From Octopus vulgaris (lineage: Eukaryota): a DNA stretch of 64,000 bases. Positions 28,051 through 41,852 of this stretch are shown one piece after another (positions within the stretch are counted from its first letter, which is position 1; each line of letters starts with the position of its first letter). The notes beneath the pieces were generated by a model. The model had not been told where the DNA came from. It did not search any database and was given only the letters and a program-made list of their open reading frames with translations. Position numbers and translations under genes: made by a program. The stretch covers positions 96,224,001 through 96,288,000 of the forward strand of contig OX597818.1 in NCBI GenBank assembly GCA_951406725.2, read 5' to 3'.

Positions 28051-28436
28051 TTTTATATAAGCTTAAAGCTTATGGCGAACACCGTGCAATGACTAAGGAA
28101 AGTAGTCTAATATAGGGGCATATAAGTCCTCAACAGGAAAAAAGAAGGCTTTAACACACTTAGTCATGTTAACAAAGGGATGTAGGTTCATCTCTCACGC
28201 TGATAGGAAAGCCTTCTTTTTTCTGTTGAGGGCTTATATGCCCCTTTATTAGACTATTTTCCTTAGTCATTGCATGGTGATTGCCATAAATTTTAAGCTT
28301 ATATAAAAATATCATTATTATTATTTACAGGATTGTTAACTCAGCAATGTATTAAAAACCTTTTGCACCGGAAATCTATATAGCAATAATAAATCTCTGA
28401 GCAAGATGTAGACAGTAGTAACGCGGAATCGTGAAG
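28048..28436. mobile_element. Fold-back element 3
   Basis: Diverged arms 28048-28152 and 28208-28311, 55-nt loop, tail 28312-28436, (TA)n on the left. Confidence 0.7.
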
Positions 28437-28671
28437 TATATGTATGTGTGTGTATATGTTTGTATGTATGTGTTTGTCCCCCCAACATCGCTTGACAACT
28501 GATGCTGGTGTGTTTACATCCCCGTAACTTAGCAGTTTGGCAAAAGAGACCGATAGAATAAGTCCTGGGGTCGACTTACTTGACTAAAGACGGTGCTCCA
28601 GCATGGCCGCAGTCAAATGACTAAAACAAGTAAATAAAAAATTTGCCAGACAGATAGATAGACAGATAGAC

Positions 28672-28727
<56 letters not shown>

Positions 28728-29075
28728 TAATATTACTCACTCCATAATACTCAATTCTTGATTACATTGTTTTATTAAACTGAGAATAAATGTACACATA
28801 ATATTGTTAACCGGGTATCTTAAACCTCTGCTCTGCAAACCTCAAGTGATTCATAGAATAATTATATGTGACCCACAATCATTGAAGGATTACCTTGGTG
28901 ATAAAAGCAGTGGTGATGTAGTTTCTTATATTTAGAAGAGTTTATGTGGTATGTAGCCTTCAACCATTTAGAATTAAATCCATTGGGAGTTGTCAACTAT
29001 ATTCTAGTTAATGGTAATAAATCAATTAATGTCAGTTAATCTACCATACTTCCAATGTACTGGAACCATATATAT

Positions 29076-29500
29076 ATAGAATGGTTGTATACTGTCAATC
29101 TAACAAGAACGTGACAGTAGGGGGTACACCACCGTTGTATAGCCCTAGGAGGCATCGAACGCCTCCTGACAGCTTCGACACATTTTTTCCCTGTGTCCTT
29201 ATATACATATACGAAGGGGAGACAAACACCCCCGGCCGTCGGAACTGCATCTAGGGACACCGTGTTTTAGGATCATTGTCCTTCATCGACCTAGAGTGTT
29301 TGTCTCCCCTTCGTATATGTATATAAGGACACAGGGAAAAAATGTGTCAAAGCTATCAGGAGGCATTCGATGCCTCCTAGGGCTATACAACGGTGGTGTA
29401 CCCCCTACTGTCACGTTCTTGTTAGATTGACAGTATACAACCATTCTATCGCCCCACCACCGTACATGTCTCTACGAGAGATTTAGAAATTCAATATTTC
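29076..29500. mobile_element. Fold-back element 4 with a hammerhead relic in the loop
   Basis: 154-bp arms 29076-29229 and 29296-29449, tail 29450-29500, short (TA)n on both sides. Confidence 0.8.
29250..29295 (-). ncRNA. Minimal type I hammerhead fold with mutated core
   Basis: UCUAGG-UCGAUGA-AGGA-CAAUGA-UCCU-AAA-ACAC-G-GUGU-C-CCUAGA; all three stems pair, but the core deviates from CUGAUGA/GAAA. Confidence 0.65.
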
Positions 29501-29679
29501 ATATATATATAGCTTTATCTACATAAAAGGTTAGGTTGCAAGGTTGGTAGTAATAGAATGTCTAATGAGGATGGGGTGGTAAATGGAAGAAAGAAGGATT
29601 GGAGTGGGCAATACTTATTTAGATTATCAAAGAAGGGGAATATAATGAAAAACCAAAAGAGATAAGTAATATAAACTTT

Positions 29680-29970
29680 GTTCCTTCTTGAGCCATGCCT
29701 GGCTCATAAGGGCCGGTTTCCCAGTTTCTTTGGAGTATAGGTTCCCCACCTGGATGGGACGCTGGTTCGTCGCAGGTGAGCTGCAAGAGGAAAGAGTGAG
29801 AGAAAGTTGTGGCGAAAGAGTCAGCAGAAGTTCGCCATTACCTTCTGCCGGAGCTGCATGGAGCTTAGGTGTTTCGCTCATAAAGACACACATCGCCTGG
29901 TCTGAGATTCGAACCCACGATTCCTTGACTGTGAGTCTGCTGCTCTAACCACTAGGCCATGTGCCTCCAG
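29680..29970 (-). mobile_element. tRNA-derived SINE sharing its 3' tail with family D
   Basis: A and B boxes (tggcctagtgg, ggttcgaatc); TSD tataaacttt at 29670-29679 and 29971-29980. Confidence 0.85.
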
Positions 29971-30651
29971 TATAAACTTTAGTGGTGGAAATTAGAATTG
30001 AAGGATATGGTAGGTAGTAATTTATAACTTAGCAAATTGTAAATCAATGGATATGTAGGAATGTTCTAAATGCTTTTATCAAACAAAATTTGTGAGGAAC
30101 CCCCCTCCCTGGCAGTGTGTTTATGTCCTTTATTGAGTGAAATTACCAGACAATGCCCACCTATCTGGTGTTTAATGCCAGTTACTATTATAGTACACAA
30201 TGCCATGCACTTTTGCTTTAACTCTTTTGAAGTTATTCATTTATTTACTGAATAATTGTAATTGTATTTCCATCAACAGTACTAGAGAAATTAAATGTTT
30301 TATAATATAAGAAATACATGCAATTATTAAGTTATGAATTAACAGTCTTTCTTATGGGCTGATTTCAACTAATTCTAAGAAACTACAGCTACGACTCTTT
30401 AATTAGTATCATGGAAGAAACATAATAATTTTCAAGATATTTTTTTTTCCAAAAAAGAACAACTTCCATGTCACAAAGTACAGTGCTGTATTCTGTGTAC
30501 CATATAAACTACATTAGTACTTTAAAAGCAAATCAAGATTCAGTGGGATGCCACTGTTGATTATATATTGTCTTGTTATTGAAGTCAAATAAAGAGTCAC
30601 ATTCTGAACAAATGACAGCATAACAACAACAATGGGATTAGATGTTAGATA

Positions 30652-30738
30652 TTAGAATGGAAAGCAGGATTTGAATCCAAATTTAGAATTTCTGGTTGCT
30701 TCAGAATTCTGCCAAAAGTCATTTTCAATCTGATTTGA
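30652..30738 (-). other. Candidate host terminal exon
   Basis: tttgttttgatgtcag| then SNQIENDFWQNSEATRNSKFGFKSCFPF* (phase 0), followed by AT-rich unique sequence. Confidence 0.25.
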
Positions 30739-31254
30739 CTGACATCAAAACAAAACTTTAATAAAGACAATATAAACCATGTACGTATATTTAAGTTTAG
30801 TTGTAAATCTGACATTAAATAAAAGCAGTTGATTTATTAGATCCTCCTTCACACTAAACACTCGACACAATTCTTCCTCTCTTGCACTTCTCTGTTTCCT
30901 CTCCTCCTACTCCAACATAAATCCTCTTATTCTCTGTTCTTCTTTCCTCTCATAGTAAATCTATTCCTTTGATCATGGAGAGCACTTTTGCTTTAGAAGC
31001 TACAAGGTGACCTTAACAGTACTGGTGCCACAAAAAACATTGACTAAACTCTCTAAGTAATTGGTAATTGATTCAAGAAGTGACAATACAGTGCTCTGCA
31101 GAGTTTCTAATGGCAAGGCAACCTGGTACCGTGACAAAATGTTCCCAGCACACTCTGTAAAATGGTTGGTTTTTAAGAAGGGCATCTAACCATACAAACA
31201 AAAACAAGATATTGGAAGAATACATGATCCTGATTCACTAAGTTTTGTCAAAAT

Positions 31255-31643
31255 AGGTGCAGGAGTGGCTGTGTGGTAAGTAGCTTGCTTACCAACCACA
31301 TGGTTCTGGGTTCAGTCCCACTGCGTGGTAACTTGGGCAAGTGTCTTCTACTATAGCCTTGGGCCAACCAAAGCCTTGTGAGTGGATTTGGTAGACAGAA
31401 ACTGAAAGAAGCCCGTTGTATATATGTATATATATGTATATATGTATGTGTGTGTATATGTTTGTATGTATGTGTTTGTCCCCTCAACATCGCTTGACAA
31501 CTGATGCTGGTGTGTTTACATCCCCGTAACTTAGCAGTTTGGCAAAAGAGACCAATAGAATAAGTCCTGGGGTCGACTTACTTGACTAAAGACGGTGCTC
31601 CACAATGGCCGCAGTCAAATGACTAAAACAAGTAAATAAAAAA
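31255..31643 (+). mobile_element. SINE family A, full copy
   Basis: Collinear with other family A copies. Confidence 0.9.
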
Positions 31644-33004
31644 TGTTCTAACCATGACAGCATAGAAAACAGACATAAAATGATGATGATGATGATTATC
31701 AGTTTTGCTGTGTAACTGTATGGCACACCAGTTGCTAAAAATATTAACACCTGAATACCTCTCCACCCAGCATGCTACAGCCTCATTCTTGGTCTGATGA
31801 GCTTTTTCTTCAGTACATAATGGCATATTGTTCTCTTTAAGTTTAAGGCCCCGGATGGAGACACAAAAAGCACTCATTTATTTAAAATTTTTATTTTCAA
31901 TTTTACACATAGGACACTGACAAAATTTCCACATCTTCATCATTTTTGATTCTGTTAATCCTGATGTCCAGTGTTTCATTTAACCAATATCTTTTTTGTA
32001 TTTAGCTTCTTCCAAGCTTGTGGTTTATGATATTTGTTTGTGGAATTATCTCCTAGTTGTCCTTTTTCCTAGCCAGATTCCTGCTGCTTGTACAGATACA
32101 ACTTTGGTAGGAAAGTACGAAGATTTGGTATTTTCAAAAAGCAAACCAACTGACTTTATATCTCCTTTTGTCTTTGATAGTGTAAATGGCCATTCCAGCA
32201 CTTCATATGGTGTGTATGGTGGAAGTATGAAAAATAGATAGGCAACCCTCCTCCACCAAAAAAACTCCTAAAAAACTCCCTTTAGTAAACAACTCAAAAA
32301 CTGGAAAGCAGGAAGTCATTTCACAAAGAATTAGAAGATATTGGAATATCTAAAGAAATCATAATAATCAACATCAACACCAACAATATCATGATTATGG
32401 TCAACAACATAATCATCATCATCATCATCAACCCATGTTAATGTCTCCTTTTTCATTCTCACATGAGTTATAGAGAATATATATATATACTCACACAATA
32501 AGCTTCTTTCAGTTTCTGTCAACCATATTTACTCATAAGGCTTCAGTCTCCTCCGGGCCATAGTAGGAGACAACTGACCAAGCTGCTGCATAGTGGAACC
32601 GAACCTGAAACATGAACTTCTGAACAACATTGCCATACCTGCATCTATCACAGCCATGCTTGTAGCTTTAATACTTTTGACATCATCTCTTTCTTTAAAT
32701 TTTTATTAAAGTAAGAATCAGAAATATGAAATGGCTAAGACTTTAAAACTGAAATCATTATAGAATGCTACAAGGCAGTGAGCTGGCAGAATCATTAGCA
32801 TGCTGGGTGAAATACTTTGCGGTATTTCGACTGTTACTACATTCTGAGTTCAAATTCCACCAAGGTTGACTTTGCCTTTCATTCTTTCAGGATCAATAAA
32901 TTAAGTACCAGTTACGTACTGGGGTTGATCTAATTGACTAGCCCCCTCCTCCAAATTTCAGGCATTGTGCCTGTAGTAGAAAGAATTATAGAATGTTGCA
33001 GGAA

Positions 33005-33233
33005 AGAATCCCTAGACAGATTCTTCAAGATGAGCCAACCAACAGGAGACCTAGGGATAGACCAAGATCAAGATGGTTGGATATTATCTATAGTTTAGCT
33101 GGCCATGCGAGGGAATCCAGCCAGGAAGTCTAATGATGGTTGCTTCTGATTAGACCCTATGAAGGAGGTGTCTGAGGACTGTACCCCCATCACTATCCCA
33201 GGAATAGAGGGCAGAAAAAAATGGATGGATGGA
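33005..33233 (+). mobile_element. RTE-clade (Expander/Rex3-like) LINE 3' end
   Basis: ILQDEPTNRRPRDRPRSRWLD (RPRGRP..RW.D motif) and an aaaatggatggatgga tail. Confidence 0.65.
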
Positions 33234-33607
33234 GTTTAATCATAACTGACAATCAAATACTCACACCAGTTGACTTTACTTTCCATTTTTACTCCTTCAT
33301 CAATCTAAAAAGTTGACGCATTCATCATTGTCCTCATTTAACGTCCACTTTTCTATGCTTTCATGGATTGGTCGGAGTTTATTGAGACAGATTTTCTATG
33401 GATGGGTGCTCTTCCTGTCGTCAAATCTCACCGGTTTCTAAACAAAGTAATATTTTCCCATGACCTGACATGTTTTCAAAAAGGGCTGGGAATATATTAC
33501 ACTGCTTGTATGACATTGACAATCATTTACGACTATCACACAATGTCAAGGAGACACAAGTACATACACACATACACACACTCACACTCGCACACACATC
33601 CACTCAC

Positions 33608-33665
<58 letters not shown>

Positions 33666-33883
33666 TTACTTGTTATTGCTAAGTTGGCTTTTCTATTTAC
33701 TCTTTTCTTTGAATTTACCAGTGTGTATAAGCGATAACTGTGGTTTTTGAGTCGCTTCGACTCTTATTTCTAGCAATACTGATACTATCTAGTACCCTGG
33801 TTATAAATTGATAATTTTGCCTTTATGGTTATTCAATGCTTGCTAATCACTTATCACTTATTATTATTTATTAATAATAATAT

Positions 33884-33953
<70 letters not shown>

Positions 33954-34698
33954 CCAATATATTACTGGGTTTAATCAGTGAACTGTACTATAAAATTTGG
34001 CCTTGTTCCCAGCTGAAATAAGAACCATTTTGATGTTAAGGCAATGCGTTTTTATACAGATTTGATCCAGGAATAAAAGGATTTTAAATTCTTGAAAGTT
34101 CTTTATTCACTGTCTTTCATAAATGCAGTATTATTTTAATAAATAATGACGAGAAGGCGGCGAGCTGGCAGAAATCTTAGCACACCAGCGGTATTTCGCT
34201 TGTCATTACGCTCTGAGTTCAAATTCTGCCGAGGTCGACTTTGACTTTCATCCTTTCGAGTGACGCCCTCCCCCAAAATTTCGGGTCTTGTACCTAGAAT
34301 AGAATAAATAATGACAAGAAATTTTATAGATAAGTTCTACTTTACTATAAATAGCTCGAAAAATCCGAACAATTGTCTCCAATCCTGAAATGCAGAAATT
34401 AAGGCTCCTGGCATTAAAATAGGAGCTACTTGAAAGAAAGTAACCGTCCACACTTATAGAGAATGGAACTGAAGGTGCCAAAGTAATAGATATTGAATAA
34501 TTACGAATGGTCAAAGACATTTAAATAGCACCAAATCTCTATCTTTAGTTGCAGCACAGAACCCAAGAAAAACAAGCCTTTAGCATTATCCATTGGAACA
34601 TACCATTATGAAACCAAGATCTAACAATGAAAAAGGTATTTAAATCATATAAAATAATCAAATGCAAAAACTACCCCATAATTCCCTCAAAACTACCT

Positions 34699-35035
34699 GA
34701 GATAACCTTCGGTCATAACACAGATCATGGGATTGCACCAAGAAAGTTACCCTCCCAGGCACAAGTCCGGGCAAGGTTGTTTATGGAAGACCAGCAGTCG
34801 CCCATGCATACCAGCCCCCCCGCTCCACGCCACCAGTGTTATCCAAGGGAAATTCAAAGGCCGATACAGCTTGGCACTTGTGACGTCGCAACTTATTTCT
34901 ACAGCTGAGTGAACTGGAGCAACGTGAAATAAAGTGTCTTGCTCAAGAACACAACACGCAGCCCGGTCCGGGATTCGAGCTCACAACCTCACGATCGTAA
35001 GCTCGACGCTCTAACCACTGAGCCATGCGCCTTCA
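34699..35035 (-). mobile_element. SINE with family D head and core but a different 3' tail
   Basis: Head and core match 7375-7510; TSD tcaaaactacct at 34687-34698 and 35036-35047. Confidence 0.9.
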
Positions 35036-35621
35036 TCAAAACTACCTTCTAGCAACTATCAACTACAGACTCAACTCCAACAATTAAAAAGTGCGATCGT
35101 TCTAATTGCAGTGCTTACACCAATCTCATTGAGGACACACCATATAAATTTAAAGTGGTGTAAGTTTTTACTGTGAAAAACAACGTCACTCGTTCTTAGA
35201 AAAATGTAATAAATTGCCACCAAATGTAATGGATACTGCGAAGATTACAGTTGACAAACATATCTGGGTGCAGCAAATTTCAGTTAACTTCATTTCAGTT
35301 CCACAGATTTTCGGCAACTCCTCTTTGCCTTTCCTTAAGTGCATGGGTGTGTGAGTATGCGCGTGCGTACGTGTGTGTATGTGTTTTTGTATGTGCATGT
35401 TTGTGGAGTTTGTTATTTTGTTTTATCCAACGTGCGCACACGTACACGCGTGCACACGCACACACACTCTGTTACCCTCCCCTCTATTTTAGTGCTCCAT
35501 AAATACAAAATATTTAAATAGATTTGAAAACTTAGGAATCAAATAATTTTTATTTTGTCATCTTGAGATTTTTCAGCCATATTTAACTGCAATTATTCAC
35601 AATAGTCATGCACTCCAAATA

Positions 35622-36867
35622 CAAGGTGTCACCCCCAAAATGTATGGACACTTTAGCAGCTGATAACTCAAATAATGTTTTTTCTTTCCAGATGAAACCC
35701 ATTGGAATTAATGATGGCAGTCAGACCAAGCTTTGAACAAAGGAAATTCATTCTAAAATGCTACTGGAAGTGTGAAAACACAATTGAAGTGCAAAGACAG
35801 TTTAGGAGGGAGTTTCAAACAGATCCACCGATGTGACTCACCATCACTCGAATTAGAGATAAGTTTGAAACCAATGGAACTGTTCAGAATGACTACAAGA
35901 AGTATTCCAGTAGACCACGAACGTCAACAACACCCACAAAGCAAGAAGGAGTGCTGGAAATGTATCACCAAAGTCCAAGAAAATCTGTGCAGCAAGCGAG
36001 TCATGAGGTAAGTATTCCAAAATCGTCTGTCCAACGCATTTTGAAGCGTTGCCAATGGAAAAGTTACGTTTCGAGATTAATCCATGCTATTGATGACGAT
36101 GATCCAGACCAAAGAGTGCAGTATTGCGAATAGTATTTGGCATGATGTGTAGAAGATGCACACTTTCCAACAAAGATTGTGTGGAGTGATGAGGCTACAT
36201 TCAAATTAAATAGTTCAATTAACCGCCACAATTGCACCTACTGGGGACCTGAGAATCCGCATGTTATGGTAGAACACCATGTTAATTTACCAGGAGTGAC
36301 AGTATGGAGTGACTTATCATCAAGAGGATTAATTGGACCGTTCTTTTTTGACGTTACGTGACTAGTCCTGTTTACTTGAACTTGCTGCAACAGTCTGTCA
36401 TACCGGAAGATGAGGAGTTCTATTTTCAGCAAGATGGGAAACCCCCACACTACCATCGCGATGTTAGATCCTTCCTTGATAAGATCCTGCCAAACAGGTG
36501 GATTGGACGAAGGGGTTTCGTTAAATATTCTTCGTGTTCACCTTACATCACACCTCTAGACTTTTTATGGGGATACCTAAAAAACGAAGTCAACGTTATG
36601 AAACCTGCAACATTCGCTAATTTGAGAGCAGCCATTGAACGAGAATGCACACAAATACCAAACGAATTATTTCATGATGCTTGCGATTCCATTGCTTTGA
36701 GTTGTCAGCAGTGCCTGGACCAGAATGGATGTCAGTTTGAAAACGGGCGTTGACAAAACAATAAAATAATGTCTGTAGATACTATTAAATTTTGAAAATG
36801 AAATTTATTTTAATAAACACCTACTTTTCAATTATTTAAAGTATGTATACATTTTTTTGGACACTAT
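35622..36867 (+). mobile_element. Tc1/mariner DD41D (rosa-type) transposon, near full length
   Basis: Degenerate TIRs (gtgtc..aaaatgtat..cacttt / aaagtatgtatacattttt..gacac), TA at the left end, encloses a transposase pseudogene. Confidence 0.85.
35711..36753 (+). pseudogene. DD41D transposase pseudogene
   Basis: Motifs WSDEATF, NRHNC.YW..ENP, IGPFFF, FQQDG.PPH, WIGRRG, TPLDF.WGYLK; 41 residues between the second and third D; in-frame stops and one frameshift near 36358. Confidence 0.9.
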
Positions 36868-37059
36868 AGCTTTCAAATAACATTCATTTTTTAAATGTTA
36901 TGACCAAAGACCGAATCATTCATTAAATCAGTATGTAAAACATAACAAAGAAATGCTACCACGTCTTGTCTAAACAAGATATGTATATAAAAATATGTAT
37001 ATATTCATGCATACCTACCTACCTATGTACATACTGTGTACATTAAATTACATCTGTCC

Positions 37060-37138
<79 letters not shown>

Positions 37139-37644
37139 CATCTACCTATCTATCTATCCTTTCTCTCCTTTTACGATCCCTTTTGATCGAAACTCCCCCT
37201 TCCTTTTTTTTTTTTTTGTTCTTCTTGTGCACCTTCAAAAAGAAAATATCTCTACCTTGTAATTTGTTCTATCTGTGTGCAGCCCTGTGTGGCTAATAAA
37301 GAAACATATCTGTCTGTCTGTCTATCGGTATACACACACATCAGAGAAATAAGTGAGTTTATTTGTATTTTAAGAAATCATCGACCTGCTAAGAATTCAA
37401 TGATTCCCGCAGCTGCAGAAATGATATTCAGCCATCATCTGAAATTTTCTTTCACAAACAATAGCTTCGTACGTCAGAGCAAACTATTCCATGTTTAAAT
37501 AACTTGATACATTTTCTTTTTACTTTTTTTTATCAGAGACCTATCAATCAATTTATATAGTTTGTGTTATATGAGCAATTGTACACATACATACACATAT
37601 GTATGTGCTATGTGCATGCATATGTGCATGTATATCTGTGTGTG

Positions 37645-37687
<43 letters not shown>

Positions 37688-38019
37688 GTATATATATTTA
37701 TAAAAACACACACACACATATAGTATGTACATGTATATAAGTATATGTATGTATGCGTGGGATATATATGCATATGTTTTTATATAGGGTATTGAAACTG
37801 AATTTATATTTAGTGACTTGAGTTTCATGTCACTGCAATCTCCAGGTGATGCATATGTACAGACAAATGAACATATATTTAGACATACATATATATATAT
37901 GTGCGTGTTTGTGAGTGTGTTTGTGTGCGTGTTTGTAGGTGTGTGTGTGTGTATGCGTGTCTCGATGTGTATATACATATGTATATGCATGTAAGCATTT
38001 ATATATGTACGTACGTATG

Positions 38020-38106
<87 letters not shown>

Positions 38107-38519
38107 CTATATATAGAGCTATATATATATAGGCGTAGGAGTGGCTGTGTGGTAAGTAGCTTGCTTACGAACCACATGCTTCCGGGTTCAGTCCTACTGC
38201 GTGGAACTTTGGGCAAGTGTCTCCTACTATAGCATCGTGCCGACCAAAGCCCGTCGTATATATATATATGACTGAAACAAGTAAAAGAGTAATATATATT
38301 TATACACACACACGGACATACATATGTATGCACATATAGATATAGATATATAAACATATATACATACACACACATACATATGTGTGTAATTATGCTATAT
38401 CCTCTTCATCATCTGATATCAGTTTTCCATGTTGGTTGAAATGAAATTCGAATTTCATCTCAAGATGAAGAAGAAACAAATGCTTCTTTGGTCTTAGTAT
38501 ATTTGATACAATAAGATAA

Positions 38520-39945
38520 TATTTCCCTTCATTATAGGTAACATAATCTTATTTATTTTGCAAATTGTTGTACACCTCGGGCATAAAAGTTTTCAGGTGT
38601 CGAAGCAAAGAAATATTCAATATCATTTTTAACTTCTTCACAATTTACAAACTATTTCCCCTCTAAATAGTGTTGCGATGATGCGAAAAGATGATAGTTA
38701 GATAGAGCAAGGGAGGTGTAAGAAGAATGAGGCAAAACATTCACGTTTAGTGCTATAATTTTTTTTTTCTGAGAGAATAGGGCAATATGTGGTCTTGCAT
38801 TATCGTCTAAGAGCATCATTCCTTTACGATTGACCAATGATAATCTTTTATTCTTTACTCTTTCATTTGTCTCAGTCAGTTGACTGTGGCCATGCTGGAG
38901 CACCGCCTTAAGTCGAGTAAATCGACCCCAGGACATATTCTTTGTAAGCCTAATACTTATTCTATTTCTCTCACTTGCTGAACCGCTAAGTTACGGGGAC
39001 GTAAACACACCAGCATCGGTTGTCAAGTGATGTTGGGGGGACAAACACAGACACACAAATGTATACACACATATATATGTATTTACATATATACGACGGG
39101 CTTCTTTCAGTTTCAGTTACTGTCAACCGAATCCACTCACAAGGCTTTGGTCGGCCCGAGGCTATAGTAGAAGACACTTGCCCAAGGTGCCAAGCAGTGA
39201 TACTGAACCCGGAACCATGTGGTTGGTAAGCAAGCTACTTACCACACAGCCGCTCACACGCCTATGATGACAGTTTTTCTGAATACTTTTGCGCAATGCT
39301 TTCAGGTGGCGACTATAATTGTCCGCCTTAGCTGTTTTGATCTAATAATTCTTGATAGATGATACTCTTCATGTCTTACAAAACACAGAGCAAAGCGTTT
39401 TTCGGGTTTGGTTTTTGTGGATGGATTTTTCTTTTTCATTAGGTGCTAACTGTTGTCGTTTACATTGGTTGTATTTATAGAGAACCCACTTTTCATCAGT
39501 TGTGACAATTCTACCCAGCAAGTTTAATTTTCAATGACGAACACAGGGCACCTCTTTGATTAAACTGAAAAGTAGTCTCATAATGAGGGTCCACTGACAA
39601 AATTTAGACACTTTTCTTAGTTCATGAAAGCGCTTTATGATTGAAATATGACTTGAATTGAGCTGTTTCTCTAATTATCGCGTGCAGTTTGCTTCGGATT
39701 TTTCTCAAATACGCATTTCAAAAGCCGAATGTTAACAGAACTTGGTCATCCAGATGGAAGGAAATCTGTGAGAGAAAACTTTCCGGAGCAAAACTGGCCT
39801 AATAATCGTTGTAATGTGCAGACATTTGGAATTCCATTTCCATGGATTTCCATGAATAGAAAAAATATTTCTTGCTGATTCTATGGCTGAAAATCCCCTT
39901 TTGAATTCATACAATATGTAATGTCCGATATGGGTCGCAGTCTAA
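38520..39945 (-). pseudogene. Decayed mariner transposase interrupted by a family A SINE
   Basis: N-terminal YEFKRGFSAIESARNI (about 39860-39914); C-terminal LLDDNARPH..LPHSSY.SLALSNYHLF (about 38680-38840). Confidence 0.8.
38845..39263 (-). mobile_element. SINE family A, full copy
   Basis: Collinear with 20757-21158. Confidence 0.9.
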
Positions 39946-40808
39946 ACTAATTTTCAAAGAGTAAAATCGATGTGATTTAGCCACTCTGGTATAAAGTAAT
40001 CTACTAAGACAGAAAAATAAAAACAAAACAAATGTAAATATTAATGGTTATTTTACTGAAAGTAGTCTCAAAGTGATTATGCTAGAAATCTCACGGGGCT
40101 CTTCAACATAATGCATACATACATTCATACATATACACGTATGTATGTATATATGCATGTATGTAATGCATGTATGCACATGCATATATATGTATGTATG
40201 TATATATATATATAAATGCATATATGCTATACATATGTATATCCGCTTCAACTTGCCCGCTTCAATATATATACATATACATACATACATACATACATAC
40301 ATACATAAATACATATACATACATAAATACATACATACATACATACATTACATGCATACATGCATATATATATGTATTTATAAACACACAGATATCTATC
40401 TGCACACAGACGTGCGCGCACACTCACATTCACATACACACGCAAACACTCCCTGACATATATGCATTTCTATATGAATGTATATTTTACCTTTTTTGTC
40501 TTAAGACTGATATCTTTAAGTCTTCTTGCCTTTAATGATGTATGCAGCTGCCACTGTGTTTCTTTTAACATCTGTCATAATAAATTATTTATTGTCTTCC
40601 TTTCGTATATTCATGCTTATTACATTTATGACACATTTATGAACCTCCACCCACATATATGTACAAACATTCGCTTGTAGGTTTTTACACGCCATGCATC
40701 TTGTATTAGTTTACAGAGCTACCTCTACATTCTACAGTTTGGTACTGAGCCAGTGTTGGAGCTCTTTATGTGGTTCTGCATCAACAAGTTACATTTCGCA
40801 CCCATCTG

Positions 40809-40929
<121 letters not shown>

Positions 40930-41852
40930 ATATCTATCTATCTATCTATGCACATGCACACACAGACACACACAGACATACTCACGCACAAACACAAACA
41001 CAGACACACAGACCCACAGATACACACACACACACACACACAGAGTGGCTATATGATATAGATATACTATTATAATAAACTCGTTGTAACACACACACAC
41101 ATGTGTGCGCGCATAAATGTACAAATAAACAAGCATACGCACACTCACTTATCACAATATACGCAGAAGTATATACACTTCTTTATCTTGTTCATACGAG
41201 AATTGAAAAACAGAACAAGCATAGTGCATACACAAGCAACTGGCTTATTATAAACTTCGCAAAATCGTATTGTGGTAATAAAAACCGCGTAAGTTTTGCA
41301 CAACTGAAACATGTGAGACTCTTCCTGTATACAATACATTTATTATTAAACAAATATGCTTAGCACATCGGCACATAATCTATAAAACATAAATACTGCA
41401 CTCCTACAACGTATCGAAATCAATAACATTTTATTAATTTTATCTCATTCGAAAATCAAGGAGGATTACGATACATTCTGTAAAATATCCATATCATTAA
41501 AGGACCGTGGTGATAATGTCCGTTGCTTGACGATAAGGTCTCAGTTGTTCAACCAACTGAATTATTTGATACTGAATTACCTTGTATGTGACTAAGTATT
41601 GCGCAGGCTCGTCTACTCTTAACGTAAATTGCAACCTGAATCTCTGTGACACAGTGTGTGTGAGACAAGGCTGCACCATGCGGCCATACTGGGACTCGGC
41701 CCTGAAAGGTTTTAGTCGAATGAATCAACACCAGAACTAATTTTTTCCAAAGCCTCGTAATCTTTCTAATCGGTATATGCCGAACCGCCAAGTTACGGTG
41801 AGGTAAAAAAAAAACAACAATGGTTGTCAAGAAAACAAACAAATAATTACCG

